A DNA stretch of 64,000 nucleotides, from the NCBI GenBank assembly GCA_050633305.1, contig JBOEGF010000011.1, positions 251,093 to 315,092 of the forward strand, read 5' to 3'. The notes under the pieces were generated by a model. The model had not been told where the DNA came from. It did not search any database and worked only from the letters and a program-made list of their open reading frames with translations. Position numbers and translations under genes: made by a program. Shown one piece after another: positions 1 to 9,972 of the stretch. The stretch is from Nannocystales bacterium (GTDB lineage Bacteria > Myxococcota_A > Polyangia > Nannocystales > Nannocystaceae). Position 1 is the first letter of the stretch; the number at the start of each line of letters is the position of its first letter.

Positions 1-3000
1 TCGAGCGGGCGGCCCTCTTGTGCAGAGGGCAGGGGCCATCGTTCCGCCTGGAAGTCGTCGGGGCGTGTCCCAGGTTCGAGGCCGTCGGGGCTGAGCGCCT
101 CGAGCACGCACGCGGTCAGGTAGACCCCGCTCGCGTCGTCGACCGCCGAGAAAAGACGACGCAGGCCCTCGAGCGGAGCGCTGTCGAGCGCATCGGGGTT
201 TCCGGCGCGCAGCCAGGATCGATGGTGCGCGATGCCTGCGAGCAGGACGGCGTTGCCTTCGTCGGGTCGTTCGAGCGACCCGAGCAAGTCGCGAAGTTCC
301 TCGATCACCGCGGTGTCGGTGGGCGAGAGCTGCAGCAGGTCTCGCAGGAGTTCGACCGCGCGCTGAGGTTGGTCGAGCGGGCCACGATGAAGCCGCGCGA
401 GCGCGTGCAGGGCCTTGGAGCGGGCGCGGCCGTTGGTCGCTTCGACGAGGAGCTCGAGGGCCTCTGCGTGGGCTTCGGGCAGGTCCGAACTCGCGGCCAT
501 GCGAACTGCGGCTCCGAGCGCGTGAGCGGAGTGGAACCCGCCCCGGCCGGCCTCCACGAAGTGTCGAACGGCATCGGGCAACTCGCCGGTTCGCTCATAC
601 GCTTCACCGGCGTAGTAGTGCAGGGCGGCCCGGCGTTCGGGCGAGGGTTCATGCTCGAGCGAGCCCTCCAGGGCTTCGACCACGGATGGCCAGTCGCCGG
701 CCTGGGCGTGGGCCTGGGCGAGATCCGCGAGCAGTCCGGCATCGGCTTCGACACCGGGCAGGGACGCTTCGAGGAGTGCGATCGTGGCTTGTGGGCCGTC
801 GACCTCGGCGCTGAGCTGCCCGATCTCACGTAGGGTCCTCGCGTCGAGTTCTCCGCGCTCCTTGAGGGCCTCCACGCACAGCGGCAGGACCTTGGACAGC
901 GACGGCGCGCCGTCGAGCCCGTGGGATTTTCGGGTTCGGATCAAGCCGCGCAACGCCCGAGTCGAGTGGGCGTCGGACTCGGCGGCTGCGCTGAACAGTC
1001 CCCACGCCCGCGGGTTGGGGGTCCCGTTCTTCACCCCGTGCAGGGCCAGGGTTCCCGCGCGGCACAGGCATGCCGCCGCATGTTTGGGCTCGACCGCGCG
1101 ACGGGCAAGCTCTTCGAGGGCTTCGGTCGCGGCCGTCAGGGCTTCATCGTTGCCGATGCGCTCCAAAAGCCGCGCGCGCGCGTGGAGGGCTGGCGAGTAC
1201 TCGGCGTTGGCTTCCAGGGCGCGGTCGACCAGCCCGAGGGCGGCAGCGAGGTCGAGACGACGCTCGTGCAACTCGGCGGCCATGTTGAGGAGTGCGGCTC
1301 TTGCCGGACCCTCCGCGGCTTCGGCCCGCGTCATCAGATCATCGAGATCCCGTCCCTCGGCGAGCTCGCGTTTGCGGGAGGCGATCCGCTTGCGCCCGCG
1401 CTGTGCGAGGACCTCGCCTGGGTTGTCGTCGAGGACCCGCGCGTAGGCTTGGTCCGCCTCATCGAGGTTGCCGGCGGCCTCTTCGGCTCGAGCGGCTCGG
1501 TAGCGGAGCGCCAACTCGACCGCGGCGGCGCTGGAGCCTGCAGTCTCGTGGCTGCCCTCGTTTTCATTGTGGGCAGCGGCGACCTTGGCCGCAGCCGCGA
1601 GCGCACCGGCTTGCCGCGACGGACGGGCGGCCTTCTGACTCGCCCGTGCCAAGCGCAGCTGCGCGAGGATGTCGGTTGGATCGGTGTCCACCAGCGGCCC
1701 GAGATACTGCAGGGCGACGATGGGGCTGGGTGCGATGTCGGCGAGCTGGAGGGCCATCGCGCGGCGGTTGGAGGTCCCGCGCTCGTCGTTGAGCCCCGCT
1801 TCGGCGAAGGCCTGGAGTTCGGCGAGCCGGCCTCCCTCTTCGTACATTCGCAGCAATTGTGCCCGAGCGACGCCCAGCTGCGGCCACAGTTCCAGCGCCC
1901 GAACGAGGTCGCGAATCGCTCGCGGTGTGTCGCCGTTTCTGGCGCGAATCCGAGCCGCACGGTGCAGCAACAGCGCGCGGGTCCGAGGACCGCCGACGGC
2001 ACCGATGTGCTGCTCAAGCAGGCTCAGCTGTAGCTCGTGAAGACCCAGACGCGTCGCAATTCGCTCGGCCGCATGCAAGGCCGGGAGGTGCCGGGGCCAT
2101 CGGCGGAGCAGGGCTTGCAGCTCTTCGAGCGCATCCTGGTCGCGTCCGAGCCGACTCGAAAGGAGATTGGCCACCTCGAGCTGCAAACCGACCTGGCGCG
2201 TCCGGTCGTTGGCATACAGCAACTCCTTTCGCATCAAGTCGACGAGGCTGTCCCAGTCCTCGGTCTCGCGCAGCAGACGGCCGAGTGCTTCGAGACTCGG
2301 CAAGTGGTCATCGACCGCTTCGAGTGCGCCCTCGAACAAGCTTCGCGCCCGAGTGGTGTCCCCTTCAGATAGGGCGAGCTCTCCTGCCCTGTGCATGAGC
2401 TTGGCCCGCCGGGCCGGGGACTCGGTTTGGCCGATCTCCCGCTCGGTGACGGCGAGCAGTGCGTCGGTTCGGCCTGCGCGGGCCAAGAGTCGCGCAAGCA
2501 GCTGCATCGAGGGCTGCTTCTCCCGCTCCTCGAGGTTGGCCTGGAGGTGTGCGATCGCCTCGGATGGATCCGAGTCCGCGGAGTGGAGTTGGCCCAGTGC
2601 CGAGCGTAGGAACGCGCGCCGCGAGGGGGTCTGCGACTGTTGCAGCTCCTCTGCGTAGTAGCGCTTGAGCCCGTCCGTGTCTCCGAGGTGGTGCAGGACG
2701 CGCTCCAACCGGTCTCGGGGCGGACGGAAGGAGGGCGCGACGGTTGTGGCTTCTCGGTATGCCTTCCGAGCACCCTCAAACTCGCCGAGCTGCTCTTCCA
2801 TGAGCTGCCCACTGCGCAGGTGGCATTGGGCGAGCTCTTCTCGGGTCAGACCCGTCTCTCCGGCGGCGGAGATCTCCAGGTTGACGAACTCGAGCTGCTG
2901 CGACCACAGCTGGCCGGCATTGAGGTAACGGCCCGTGTCTTCGAGTGTTGGCGGGTGCCCGGGACTCAGCCGAAGCGCGCGGCGCATCGCGGCGAGACCT

Positions 3001-4004
3001 TCTTGGGGACGCTCGAGGCGATACAAGGCGAGCTTGCCTAGGCGGTAAAAAAGCTCGGCTCGAGCCGCGGGGTCGTTCTCGTCCCCGATCGCACGCAGCT
3101 GGCCGATGCACGCCTCGGCGGCGACCTCATAGCGACTGGTGGCCATCGCCAGCTCCTCGAGGTTCCGCCACAACGAGAAGTTGTGCGGAGCGGCTCGGGC
3201 TGCGCTGCGCAACAACTCCAAGGCCGCGCTGCGTTCTCGTTGCTCGCGCAGGACGACAGAGGCGCGCGCGAGGGGCAGGGCACGGTGCGATTCTTCGCGC
3301 CCCTCCGCCTCGGCCTCCAGGGCGTGCAGCATCAAGGCCGCGTCCCCAGTCGCCTCCGCGATTCGGAACAAGTCCGTCGCCAAGACCGCGTGTGCTGGAA
3401 GTTGCTCGAGGGCATGCAGGAGCATGTCGCCGGCCAGCGCATGGTCTCCCTTGTGGCGTGCCTCGATGAGCGAGAGCTCGTGCAGCAAGCCCGCCACCGT
3501 CTTCTCGTCCTGGACGACCTCGAGCTGAGCTTCGAGGTTCTCGGCGAGCCAGAAGACGTCTCCGCGCCCGAGAAGGACCCGCTCGACCGAACGCAGGACG
3601 GCAAGATCGCGTGGGGTCGCTTTGAGAGCCGCCTGGTAACACTGCTGGGCGGCGCCGAGGTCGTGGAAGTGGGTCTCGACCAGTTGGCCGCGTTCGCGGT
3701 ACAGCGCAGCGGCCTCTCGCGGGTGCCGCGTCGCGCGGATCTCTTGGTCGAGGTACATCACGGCCGAGCGGACGTCCCCGCGGTCGAGGTAGATGCGGTA
3801 CAGAAGCCGCATCGCCGGCCGCAGATCCGGCACCATCTCGAGCGCATGCGCGAGTTGCCGGATGGCTTCGTCTCCCTCCCCCGAGAGCAACTGCCATCTC
3901 GCACAGGTCGTCGCCAATGCGGCGCGGAGCTGGGCCTGCGTCTTGGGCGTTCGTGACAACGCTTGCAGGACCTCAGCGAGAGGCATGGCTGGCCCGCCTT
4001 GCAT
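1..4004 (-). CDS. Large tetratricopeptide-repeat (TPR) protein, more than 1300 aa, running off the left window edge (myxobacterial AgmK-like TPR scaffold)
   Basis: Absent from the ORF track because it has no stop in the window. Manual translation from ATG 4004 or 3986 gives MPLAEVLQALSR...EAAALYRERGQLVETHFHDLGAAQQCYQAALKATPRDLAVLRSVERV...EGLAAMRRALRLSPGHPPTLE, i.e. repeated TPR-like helices. The same frame still reads as protein at the left edge. An in-frame TGA at 4032-4034 bounds the start. Confidence 0.85.
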   Translation of the reverse strand, partial: MQGGPAMPLAEVLQALSRTPKTQAQLRAALATTCARWQLLSGEGDEAIRQLAHALEMVPDLRPAMRLLYRIYLDRGDVRSAVMYLDQEIRATRHPREAAALYRERGQLVETHFHDLGAAQQCYQAALKATPRDLAVLRSVERVLLGRGDVFWLAENLEAQLEVVQDEKTVAGLLHELSLIEARHKGDHALAGDMLLHALEQLPAHAVLATDLFRIAEATGDAALMLHALEAEAEGREESHRALPLARASVVLREQRERSAALELLRSAARAAPHNFSLWRNLEELAMATSRYEVAAEACIGQLRAIGDENDPAARAELFYRLGKLALYRLERPQEGLAAMRRALRLSPGHPPTLEDTGRYLNAGQLWSQQLEFVNLEISAAGETGLTREELAQCHLRSGQLMEEQLGEFEGARKAYREATTVAPSFRPPRDRLERVLHHLGDTDGLKRYYAEELQQSQTPSRRAFLRSALGQLHSADSDPSEAIAHLQANLEEREKQPSMQLLARLLARAGRTDALLAVTEREIGQTESPARRAKLMHRAGELALSEGDTTRARSLFEGALEAVDDHLPSLEALGRLLRETEDWDSLVDLMRKELLYANDRTRQVGLQLEVANLLSSRLGRDQDALEELQALLRRWPRHLPALHAAERIATRLGLHELQLSLLEQHIGAVGGPRTRALLLHRAARIRARNGDTPRAIRDLVRALELWPQLGVARAQLLRMYEEGGRLAELQAFAEAGLNDERGTSNRRAMALQLADIAPSPIVALQYLGPLVDTDPTDILAQLRLARASQKAARPSRQAGALAAAAKVAAAHNENEGSHETAGSSAAAVELALRYRAARAEEAAGNLDEADQAYARVLDDNPGEVLAQRGRKRIASRKRELAEGRDLDDLMTRAEAAEGPARAALLNMAAELHERRLDLAAALGLVDRALEANAEYSPALHARARLLERIGNDEALTAATEALEELARRAVEPKHAAACLCRAGTLALHGVKNGTPNPRAWGLFSAAAESDAHSTRALRGLIRTRKSHGLDGAPSLSKVLPLCVEALKERGELDARTLREIGQLSAEVDGPQATIALLEASLPGVEADAGLLADLAQAHAQAGDWPSVVEALEGSLEHEPSPERRAALHYYAGEAYERTGELPDAVRHFVEAGRGGFHSAHALGAAVRMAASSDLPEAHAEALELLVEATNGRARSKALHALARLHRGPLDQPQRAVELLRDLLQLSPTDTAVIEELRDLLGSLERPDEGNAVLLAGIAHHRSWLRAGNPDALDSAPLEGLRRLFSAVDDASGVYLTACVLEALSPDGLEPGTRPDDFQAERWPLPSAQEGRPL

Positions 4005-4102
4005 TCCGGGGGAGTCTACACGACGACGGCATCACAATGTCGCCTCGATACGCTCCTTGAGAACCGTGGGAGGTAGACGCACCTGCACGGATCATCGATC
4101 CG

Positions 4103-4118
4103 GATCCCACGTGGGATC
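4103..4118. promoter_or_regulatory. Perfect 16-bp palindrome GATCCCACGTGGGATC, candidate protein-binding site upstream of the TPR gene
   Basis: Self-complementary 16-mer in an intergenic region, about 100 bp upstream of the TPR start. Function unknown. Confidence 0.35.
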
Positions 4119-4184
4119 TCGGTATCGGCAGACCAGGCTGCGGTGTGCCGAGGCGGGCTGGGGAAGCCGTCGGGTCCGGCCGCT

Positions 4185-4916
4185 TCAGTCAGCCCGACGG
4201 GCCTCGGCGGCCATCGTCGCCAGGTAGTCCGACACGCCGAGTTCGACCGGGGACCGGCCCTCGGATGCGTGCTTCGTGGCCAAGAACTCGTGCATGAGCT
4301 TCAGGGTCTCGAAGCGGCAGGTCAGGCTCACCAGCTGGTTCTCCGGGACTTGCGGGAGCTCGGAGAGGCGCTCGGTGAGCCACAGCGTGTCGTGGTCCGC
4401 TCCGGCAACCTCCGGCGGCTCGGGCAGGGGGCGCAGGCGGAACGCAGGATCGAACTGCTCCGCGTCTGCGAGCCGAGGGTCGTCGAGCTCGAGACTCTTG
4501 CCGGCGATCGCCTCCATCGCCTGATCGACCGGAGAGAAGTAGATGAACTGGTACTTCATCAACATGCGAAGTCGGCGGGGATCGGTTCCGTCGCCGATCC
4601 ACGTCCCACCGATCAGCCGACGGACGAGTTCTCCGTAGTAGACCCCGGCCGACGACGAGAGCAGCGACAAAATCGGAGCACGATCCTCTTGGGCGGCGGT
4701 GCTCAAGTGATGGTCGACGAACGCGAGTGCCGTTTCGGTGTCATCCAACTCGACCGAAAGCGCGCGGCGAATCTGCTCGCGGTACAGCTCCACGAGGCCG
4801 TCCACGAGCGTCTGCGCGGTGGCGACGGGGGACGCTTTTGCGCGTGGGGCGCGGCCCGGGATGCTGGGCGCGACAGAGGAGGGCGTGCTGTCGCCCGAGC
4901 CTGGCTCGTGACTCAT
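4185..4916 (-). CDS. Conserved hypothetical protein, about 243 aa
   Basis: Likely start ATG 4916 (MSHEPGSGDS), which avoids overlap with the divergent gene at 4977. Folded-looking core: ELYREQIRRALSVELDDTETALAFVDHHL...SAGVYYGELVRRLIGGTW. Confidence 0.75.
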   Translation of the reverse strand: MSHEPGSGDSTPSSVAPSIPGRAPRAKASPVATAQTLVDGLVELYREQIRRALSVELDDTETALAFVDHHLSTAAQEDRAPILSLLSSSAGVYYGELVRRLIGGTWIGDGTDPRRLRMLMKYQFIYFSPVDQAMEAIAGKSLELDDPRLADAEQFDPAFRLRPLPEPPEVAGADHDTLWLTERLSELPQVPENQLVSLTCRFETLKLMHEFLATKHASEGRSPVELGVSDYLATMAAEARRAD

Positions 4917-4976
4917 CGGCGAACCTTGCCACGTCCTCCAGCGCGACGCTATCGTGCCTGGACCCGGCATCGTTGA

Positions 4977-7172
4977 ATGGATGCGACCTGGCCCGACTCC
5001 GCCGCGTTTGCCTGTCACTGCGGCACCATGTTCTCGGTGATGTATTGGCGCTGGGTGGACGCGGCCGCGCGTCCAGACCTCGACACGCGGGTGCAGCAAG
5101 ACGGTCCTTTTGAAGGGACCTGCCCCGACTGCGGCGCCGAGGCTCGCTGTGCCGGCACCTGGCTGCGGATCGATGCACGGGTGCGTGAAGCCTCACTTCA
5201 GGTCGGCGAGGCTCAGCGGGGGAGCTTGCTAGGCCTCCTACGTGATCATCTGCGGGCGGTCGAGTCTCGCTCGCACGCGGTCCGGCCTTGGATGCTGCAG
5301 CCCACGCCCGTCTTCTACGACCTGCCGGAGTCTGCAGCCCTCACCTCGCGCGCGGCGGTTGCTGTCGTGCCTGCCCGCTCGGGGGAGCTGATTGTCGAGG
5401 TCCCTCCCGCCGCTCGGGCGGCCCCGCCCGAACCAGCTGCCCAGAGCATGCCCCCCGGCGTTCCGCAGATCATCGGATCCGACACGCGGACCCCAGGCAC
5501 GTTCCGGCCTCCCGTGCTCGGCGCCTACGTTGGGGATCTCTCGGTGGAGGGAGACGTTGTGGTTGCGACGGCGATGGTCGACGCTTCGGAGCGGGACAAA
5601 TGGGACAAGGCGCACCTTCAGTCGCGTCCGGTCCTCTTGCGCGAGCACGGGTATCCGTTGCTCGGCGTGCGCACCGTCGCGTCGTTTCTGGGCCAGAAGG
5701 CGGTGCTCGATGCCGTGCTGGACCCGGCCGAGCCGCAGGCGGCTGAGGTGTTCCGCCGGCTTTCGCAGCGCTTCTCTTTTCAGCTTCGTGTCCGTCCTTC
5801 GTCCGGAGATCCCGTGGAGCGCGAGGCGACCGCGGAAGCGCTCGAGCCCAACGCGGCGTTGTGTTTGGAGTCAGCGCGCACGTTGATCGCGAGCGAGCAG
5901 CTGGCGCCGCAGCGCTACCACGAGGCCCGCGCTGCCCTGGCGCTGCTCGACGTCAACGTTCGGCTCGCCCCGCCGCCCGAGACCATTACCGCGGGAGCCT
6001 ACCAACACGTCATCGGAGCCGCGGAGGCGAGCGCTGCGTTGGACCATCTGGACCGCGTATCCACAAAGCCATCGTTGGCTCGTCTGTTGGAGGTGGAGGG
6101 CATGCCGATGACCGAGTACGACGCGCTGCGGCGGCGTGTGCTGGAAGGATCGCTCGACCACGGTTTGGTCGCGCCGCGTCGGTTTTGGCGTCGCGTCGTC
6201 GCGTCGGGCTTGGTGCCGGACTTGGAGACCTACGCCCAGAAACTCTGCGATGCGCGTGCACGATTCGAAGGCGAGGAAGGGGATCTCGAGCCCGATGCTG
6301 CGCGCGCCGGATGGGAGGCGATCGGAGAATTATGCAGCCGAAAGGACCTGCCGTTTCCGCCGACACTCCGGGCCGCGCTTGGCCTGTCGGAGACCGAGGC
6401 CCCGCCGTCCCCGAGCGAGTCCGATAGCGATCCTTCCCCAGCCTCACTGCCGCCACCACCGCCGTCGGGCGTCGAACCTGCACTTCACGATCCGGCGCAG
6501 CGGTTGAAGATCGCGGCCGAGGTGCTGCAAGGGAAGCGCGCTGGAGACCTCGAGGACGTGTTCGCGGCCCTCGACGAGTTCGACAACGACGAACTCCTGG
6601 CCTTGCTCCCCGATCTCAACGACATGGGCCCACAGGTGGTCCCACATCTGTTGGACTGGCTGTCCAGTCCCCGACGTGAGCTGCGGCAGGCTGCGGCAAT
6701 CCTCCTGGGCCTCGCGCAGGACCCCACGGCGTTGGAACCGCTGGCTGAACGACTGGTCATCGAGGACAGCACGATGTGGGCGGATCTGGCTCGCGCGTTG
6801 GGCTCGTTCGGCCCCACGGCGCTGCGCAGGCTGTGTCAGGTGCTCCGACACGAAGGGGGCGCGCCTCACGAGCAACGGACGGTGGAGCGGGTGGCCCGTG
6901 CCTTGGCCGAAGTGGCGCTGTCCGACGGGCATGTGGGACCCGGAGACCCTTCGCCCGGCACCGACGCGGTTGCGGCGTTGGCGGATGCCGGAGATCCGCG
7001 AGTCCGTGCCTCGGCACGACATGCGCTTGCTACACTCCAGGCAGTGAGCGACTCCTCGGCAGCGGTCCGCGGTGAGGCACCCTTGCCGGAGAACACTCAG
7101 GTTCGCGGTTTTTCGCGACGGGCCTACGAGGCAATCATGGTGCCCGAGGTCGAGGTTGAAGCAGAGGCTTGA
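4977..7172 (+). CDS. CpXC (zinc-ribbon-like) domain protein with C-terminal HEAT repeats
   Basis: N-terminal FACHCG...WVDAAARPDL...GTCPDCG fits the CpXC pattern. C-terminal HEAT-like segments: RELRQAAAILLGLAQDPTALEPL and DPRVRASARHALATL. Confidence 0.75.
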   Translation: MDATWPDSAAFACHCGTMFSVMYWRWVDAAARPDLDTRVQQDGPFEGTCPDCGAEARCAGTWLRIDARVREASLQVGEAQRGSLLGLLRDHLRAVESRSHAVRPWMLQPTPVFYDLPESAALTSRAAVAVVPARSGELIVEVPPAARAAPPEPAAQSMPPGVPQIIGSDTRTPGTFRPPVLGAYVGDLSVEGDVVVATAMVDASERDKWDKAHLQSRPVLLREHGYPLLGVRTVASFLGQKAVLDAVLDPAEPQAAEVFRRLSQRFSFQLRVRPSSGDPVEREATAEALEPNAALCLESARTLIASEQLAPQRYHEARAALALLDVNVRLAPPPETITAGAYQHVIGAAEASAALDHLDRVSTKPSLARLLEVEGMPMTEYDALRRRVLEGSLDHGLVAPRRFWRRVVASGLVPDLETYAQKLCDARARFEGEEGDLEPDAARAGWEAIGELCSRKDLPFPPTLRAALGLSETEAPPSPSESDSDPSPASLPPPPPSGVEPALHDPAQRLKIAAEVLQGKRAGDLEDVFAALDEFDNDELLALLPDLNDMGPQVVPHLLDWLSSPRRELRQAAAILLGLAQDPTALEPLAERLVIEDSTMWADLARALGSFGPTALRRLCQVLRHEGGAPHEQRTVERVARALAEVALSDGHVGPGDPSPGTDAVAALADAGDPRVRASARHALATLQAVSDSSAAVRGEAPLPENTQVRGFSRRAYEAIMVPEVEVEAEA

Positions 7173-7906
7173 TGCGATACGGAATCTTCAGCGACACCCA
7201 CGCCAACCTTGGTGCCCTCGAGGCCGTTCTGCGGGAGTTCGACCGCGAGAACGTCGACGAGTTGGTCTGCATCGGTGACACCGTCGGCTACGGCCCGCAG
7301 CCCGAAGAGTGCTGCGAAAAGATCCGGAAGCTGACGCGGCACACCATCTTGGGCAACCACGACGCCGCGGTCTCAGGCCGGATGGATTACAGCTACTACT
7401 ACGATGCCGCCCGAGAGGCCCTCGACCTGCACTCGTCGCTGGTGTCGAGCGAGAGCATGGCGTGGCTCAAGAGCCTGCCGTACTCGGCCCAGGACGCCGG
7501 AACGCACTTCTGCCACGGCTCCCCGCTAGACCTCGAGCAGTTCGAGTACATCTTCACGGTCGATCAGGCGAGCACCTGCATCCCGATCTGGGATGACCTG
7601 GGTCAGATTACCTTCATCGGACACTCTCACCTGTGCAAGGCGTACGCGCTGGGCCGGGAGCGCGTGTACGAAGTCATCACCAAGGACTTCGAGGTCCACC
7701 CGGAGTTCCGGTACATCGTCTCGGTGGGCTCCGTGGGCCAACCCCGTGATCACGACCCGCGGGCGAGCTACACCATCTACGACACCGACCGAGGTCTGTT
7801 CGAGTTCAAGCGGGTCGAGTACGACATCGCTGCGACGGCGCAGCAGATCTTCGACCAGACGCGCCTGTCCGACAGCTTCGGCGCGCGCCTGTTCGCCGGC
7901 GTCTAG
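7172..7906 (+). CDS. Calcineurin-like metallophosphoesterase (YfcE/MJ0912-type)
   Basis: Motifs SDTHAN, GDTVGYG, GNHD, HGSP, GHSH and GSVGQPRD. TGATG overlap with the upstream gene. Confidence 0.92.
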   Translation: MRYGIFSDTHANLGALEAVLREFDRENVDELVCIGDTVGYGPQPEECCEKIRKLTRHTILGNHDAAVSGRMDYSYYYDAAREALDLHSSLVSSESMAWLKSLPYSAQDAGTHFCHGSPLDLEQFEYIFTVDQASTCIPIWDDLGQITFIGHSHLCKAYALGRERVYEVITKDFEVHPEFRYIVSVGSVGQPRDHDPRASYTIYDTDRGLFEFKRVEYDIAATAQQIFDQTRLSDSFGARLFAGV

Positions 7907-7975
7907 CTCCGAGCCCAACTCAAGTTCGACTCGGCCTCGACCCGGGCTCGACCTTGGCCGCGCGGAGGTGGTCCC

Positions 7976-9967
7976 TCAGCGTCGGTCGACGAGTTCGAGG
8001 TCGCCCCGGAGCGCACCGATCATACGGTGCCTGTCGATGACTCGATGTCGCGCCAACCGGCGGACCTGATGGTTGAGGTCTTGGCGCCACGTGTCATCCA
8101 CGGCCCCGCTGACGAAACGCTCGCTGTAGGTCCGGGGTGCAGGAGCCAACATCGCGAGATGGGTCGCCTGCAGGGCAGTGAGGTCCGCGGCACTGCGGTT
8201 GAAGTAGTACTGCGCGGCATCCTCGACACCATGGACGCCAGGGGCCAACTCGATGATGTTGAGATAGACCTCGAGCAACCGTCGCTTCTCGACGGTCGCG
8301 TCGATGCGTGTGGCGACGAACGCTTCCTGTAGCTTTCGAGCGGCGGTTCGGTCCAGGCCCAAGAACAGGTTGCGGGCGGCTTGTTGGGTGATGGTGCTTG
8401 CGCCGCGTTCGACTTCGCCCCGTGCGAGATTGTGCCAGATCGCGTTGGCCACCTGGCCGAGGTCGAGGCCGTCGTGATGGAAGTATCGGCTGTCTTCCAA
8501 GGTCACGAATGCACCCGCGACGACGGGGATGTCTTCGATGGAGACCGTGTGCGGTGCTCCGTCGGCGATCAAGACCTGCCGGGGGGTCCCGTGGGCATCG
8601 ACGAATCGGTGGCGGTAGGGCCCGCGCAGCCCGGCGACATCGAGCGCGGAGGGGTCGGCCGTCACGGCGCATTGCTCTCGGAAGGGGAAGTCGACCTCGA
8701 GCGTTCCGGGGGCTGCTGGCTCGGCGAGTGGGTCTCGCTCGAGCACCTCGGCCCGGGCGCGGGCAGCCTCGAAGTCGACCGAAACCTCGACGACTCCTGC
8801 GAGCGACCCATCGACCTTGGTCCCGCGCATCGCGTCCGCAAACCCCGTTGGCAGGGCATCGAACAATCGCTGGCAGGGGCCCTCGGGGAGTTCGAGTCGG
8901 AGCGCAGCCCGGTCGGGTCGCCGGGAGGCGTTGGCGCCCAGGATCAAGCCTGCATGTCCGAGGGTGAGAGCGGCGTCGAAGTGCTCAGGGCTCTGGGCCG
9001 TGATGTCGCCGTCGAGCCAAAGTGAGCTCAACGTGACCGCTTCGGCCGAGAGCTTGGGGTGCTCGAGGGTCACCGCTTCGACGGTGACGCCCTGTGCATG
9101 CATCGACACTCCGCCGGAGCGTGCCGGCTCGACCTCGATCCGACCGCTCAGAGAAGCGGCGCGCGCATCGAGGGTCAGCTCGTCGCGAACCTGCAATCCA
9201 ACGCGGCCGAGTCCATGCAGGGCGAATCGCTCCGCCTCGACCGCGAGTGTGCGGGTCTGGGGCCACGCAGCCAGTTGAATCCACCCCCCACCTTCGTGGG
9301 AGAGTTCCGTGCGCACGTGCTGTGGATCGAGCTCTCCACGCAGGCGAAGCGGAGGGCCGTCTGCGATGCTGACCGTGCCCGCGACGCGCCACGATCGCAG
9401 CGAGTCCCGTGGCGTCGCCCGCAGTCGCCCGACGGAATGCACCGAGCCGCGCGCGTGCTGCACGGTCAGGCCGACCGATGCGTGCGGGATCCCGTTCGGA
9501 CCGATCGTGAGGGCAGGGGAGTCGAGCAGCGCGGTGACGCCCGCTTCGGTCAGCGCGGTGACTCCCTTGGCTTGCACTCGGATCGTCAGGCCGTGCGTGT
9601 TGATGCTCGGAGTCTCGGCGCCGCCGGCTGGGGACGAGACGTCCCCCGCGGCCGGTGTGGCATCTGGGGCGGTCGCTGTTCGGGCCAGCTCGAGCGTGTC
9701 GAGATGGACGTCGATCCCGTCCCAAGCGGGTCGAACCTCAGCGCGGCCCGCTCGCACCGAGACCCCGCGACGCTGGACATGTAGCCCTTCGAGGCGGAGG
9801 CCACCGGCGTCGAGAGATAGACTCTCCAGCGCACCGCACGCCGCTGTTCCATCGGCACACCGGGTCAGCCCGGACTCGATGGTCTCGTCCAGCGATGTCT
9901 CGAGCAGCCACGGGCCGGGTGCTGCGAGCAAGGCCGCAGCCGCGATGATCGGGCGGAGTGCGCTCAT
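7976..9967 (-). CDS. Monofunctional biosynthetic peptidoglycan transglycosylase (GT51, MtgA-like) with a long N-terminal beta-rich extension
   Basis: GT51 motifs in the C-terminal third: LEDSRYFHHDG, GASTITQQAARNLFL, RKLQE and KRRLLEVYLN. No transpeptidase domain seen. Confidence 0.88.
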   Translation of the reverse strand: MSALRPIIAAAALLAAPGPWLLETSLDETIESGLTRCADGTAACGALESLSLDAGGLRLEGLHVQRRGVSVRAGRAEVRPAWDGIDVHLDTLELARTATAPDATPAAGDVSSPAGGAETPSINTHGLTIRVQAKGVTALTEAGVTALLDSPALTIGPNGIPHASVGLTVQHARGSVHSVGRLRATPRDSLRSWRVAGTVSIADGPPLRLRGELDPQHVRTELSHEGGGWIQLAAWPQTRTLAVEAERFALHGLGRVGLQVRDELTLDARAASLSGRIEVEPARSGGVSMHAQGVTVEAVTLEHPKLSAEAVTLSSLWLDGDITAQSPEHFDAALTLGHAGLILGANASRRPDRAALRLELPEGPCQRLFDALPTGFADAMRGTKVDGSLAGVVEVSVDFEAARARAEVLERDPLAEPAAPGTLEVDFPFREQCAVTADPSALDVAGLRGPYRHRFVDAHGTPRQVLIADGAPHTVSIEDIPVVAGAFVTLEDSRYFHHDGLDLGQVANAIWHNLARGEVERGASTITQQAARNLFLGLDRTAARKLQEAFVATRIDATVEKRRLLEVYLNIIELAPGVHGVEDAAQYYFNRSAADLTALQATHLAMLAPAPRTYSERFVSGAVDDTWRQDLNHQVRRLARHRVIDRHRMIGALRGDLELVDRR

Positions 9968-9972
9968 GAGAA

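Noticed and set aside
18..3956. Many plus-strand ORFs of 100-370 aa in the ORF track
   Set aside because: Antisense shadows of the single minus-strand TPR gene, which the track missed because it lacks a stop in the window.
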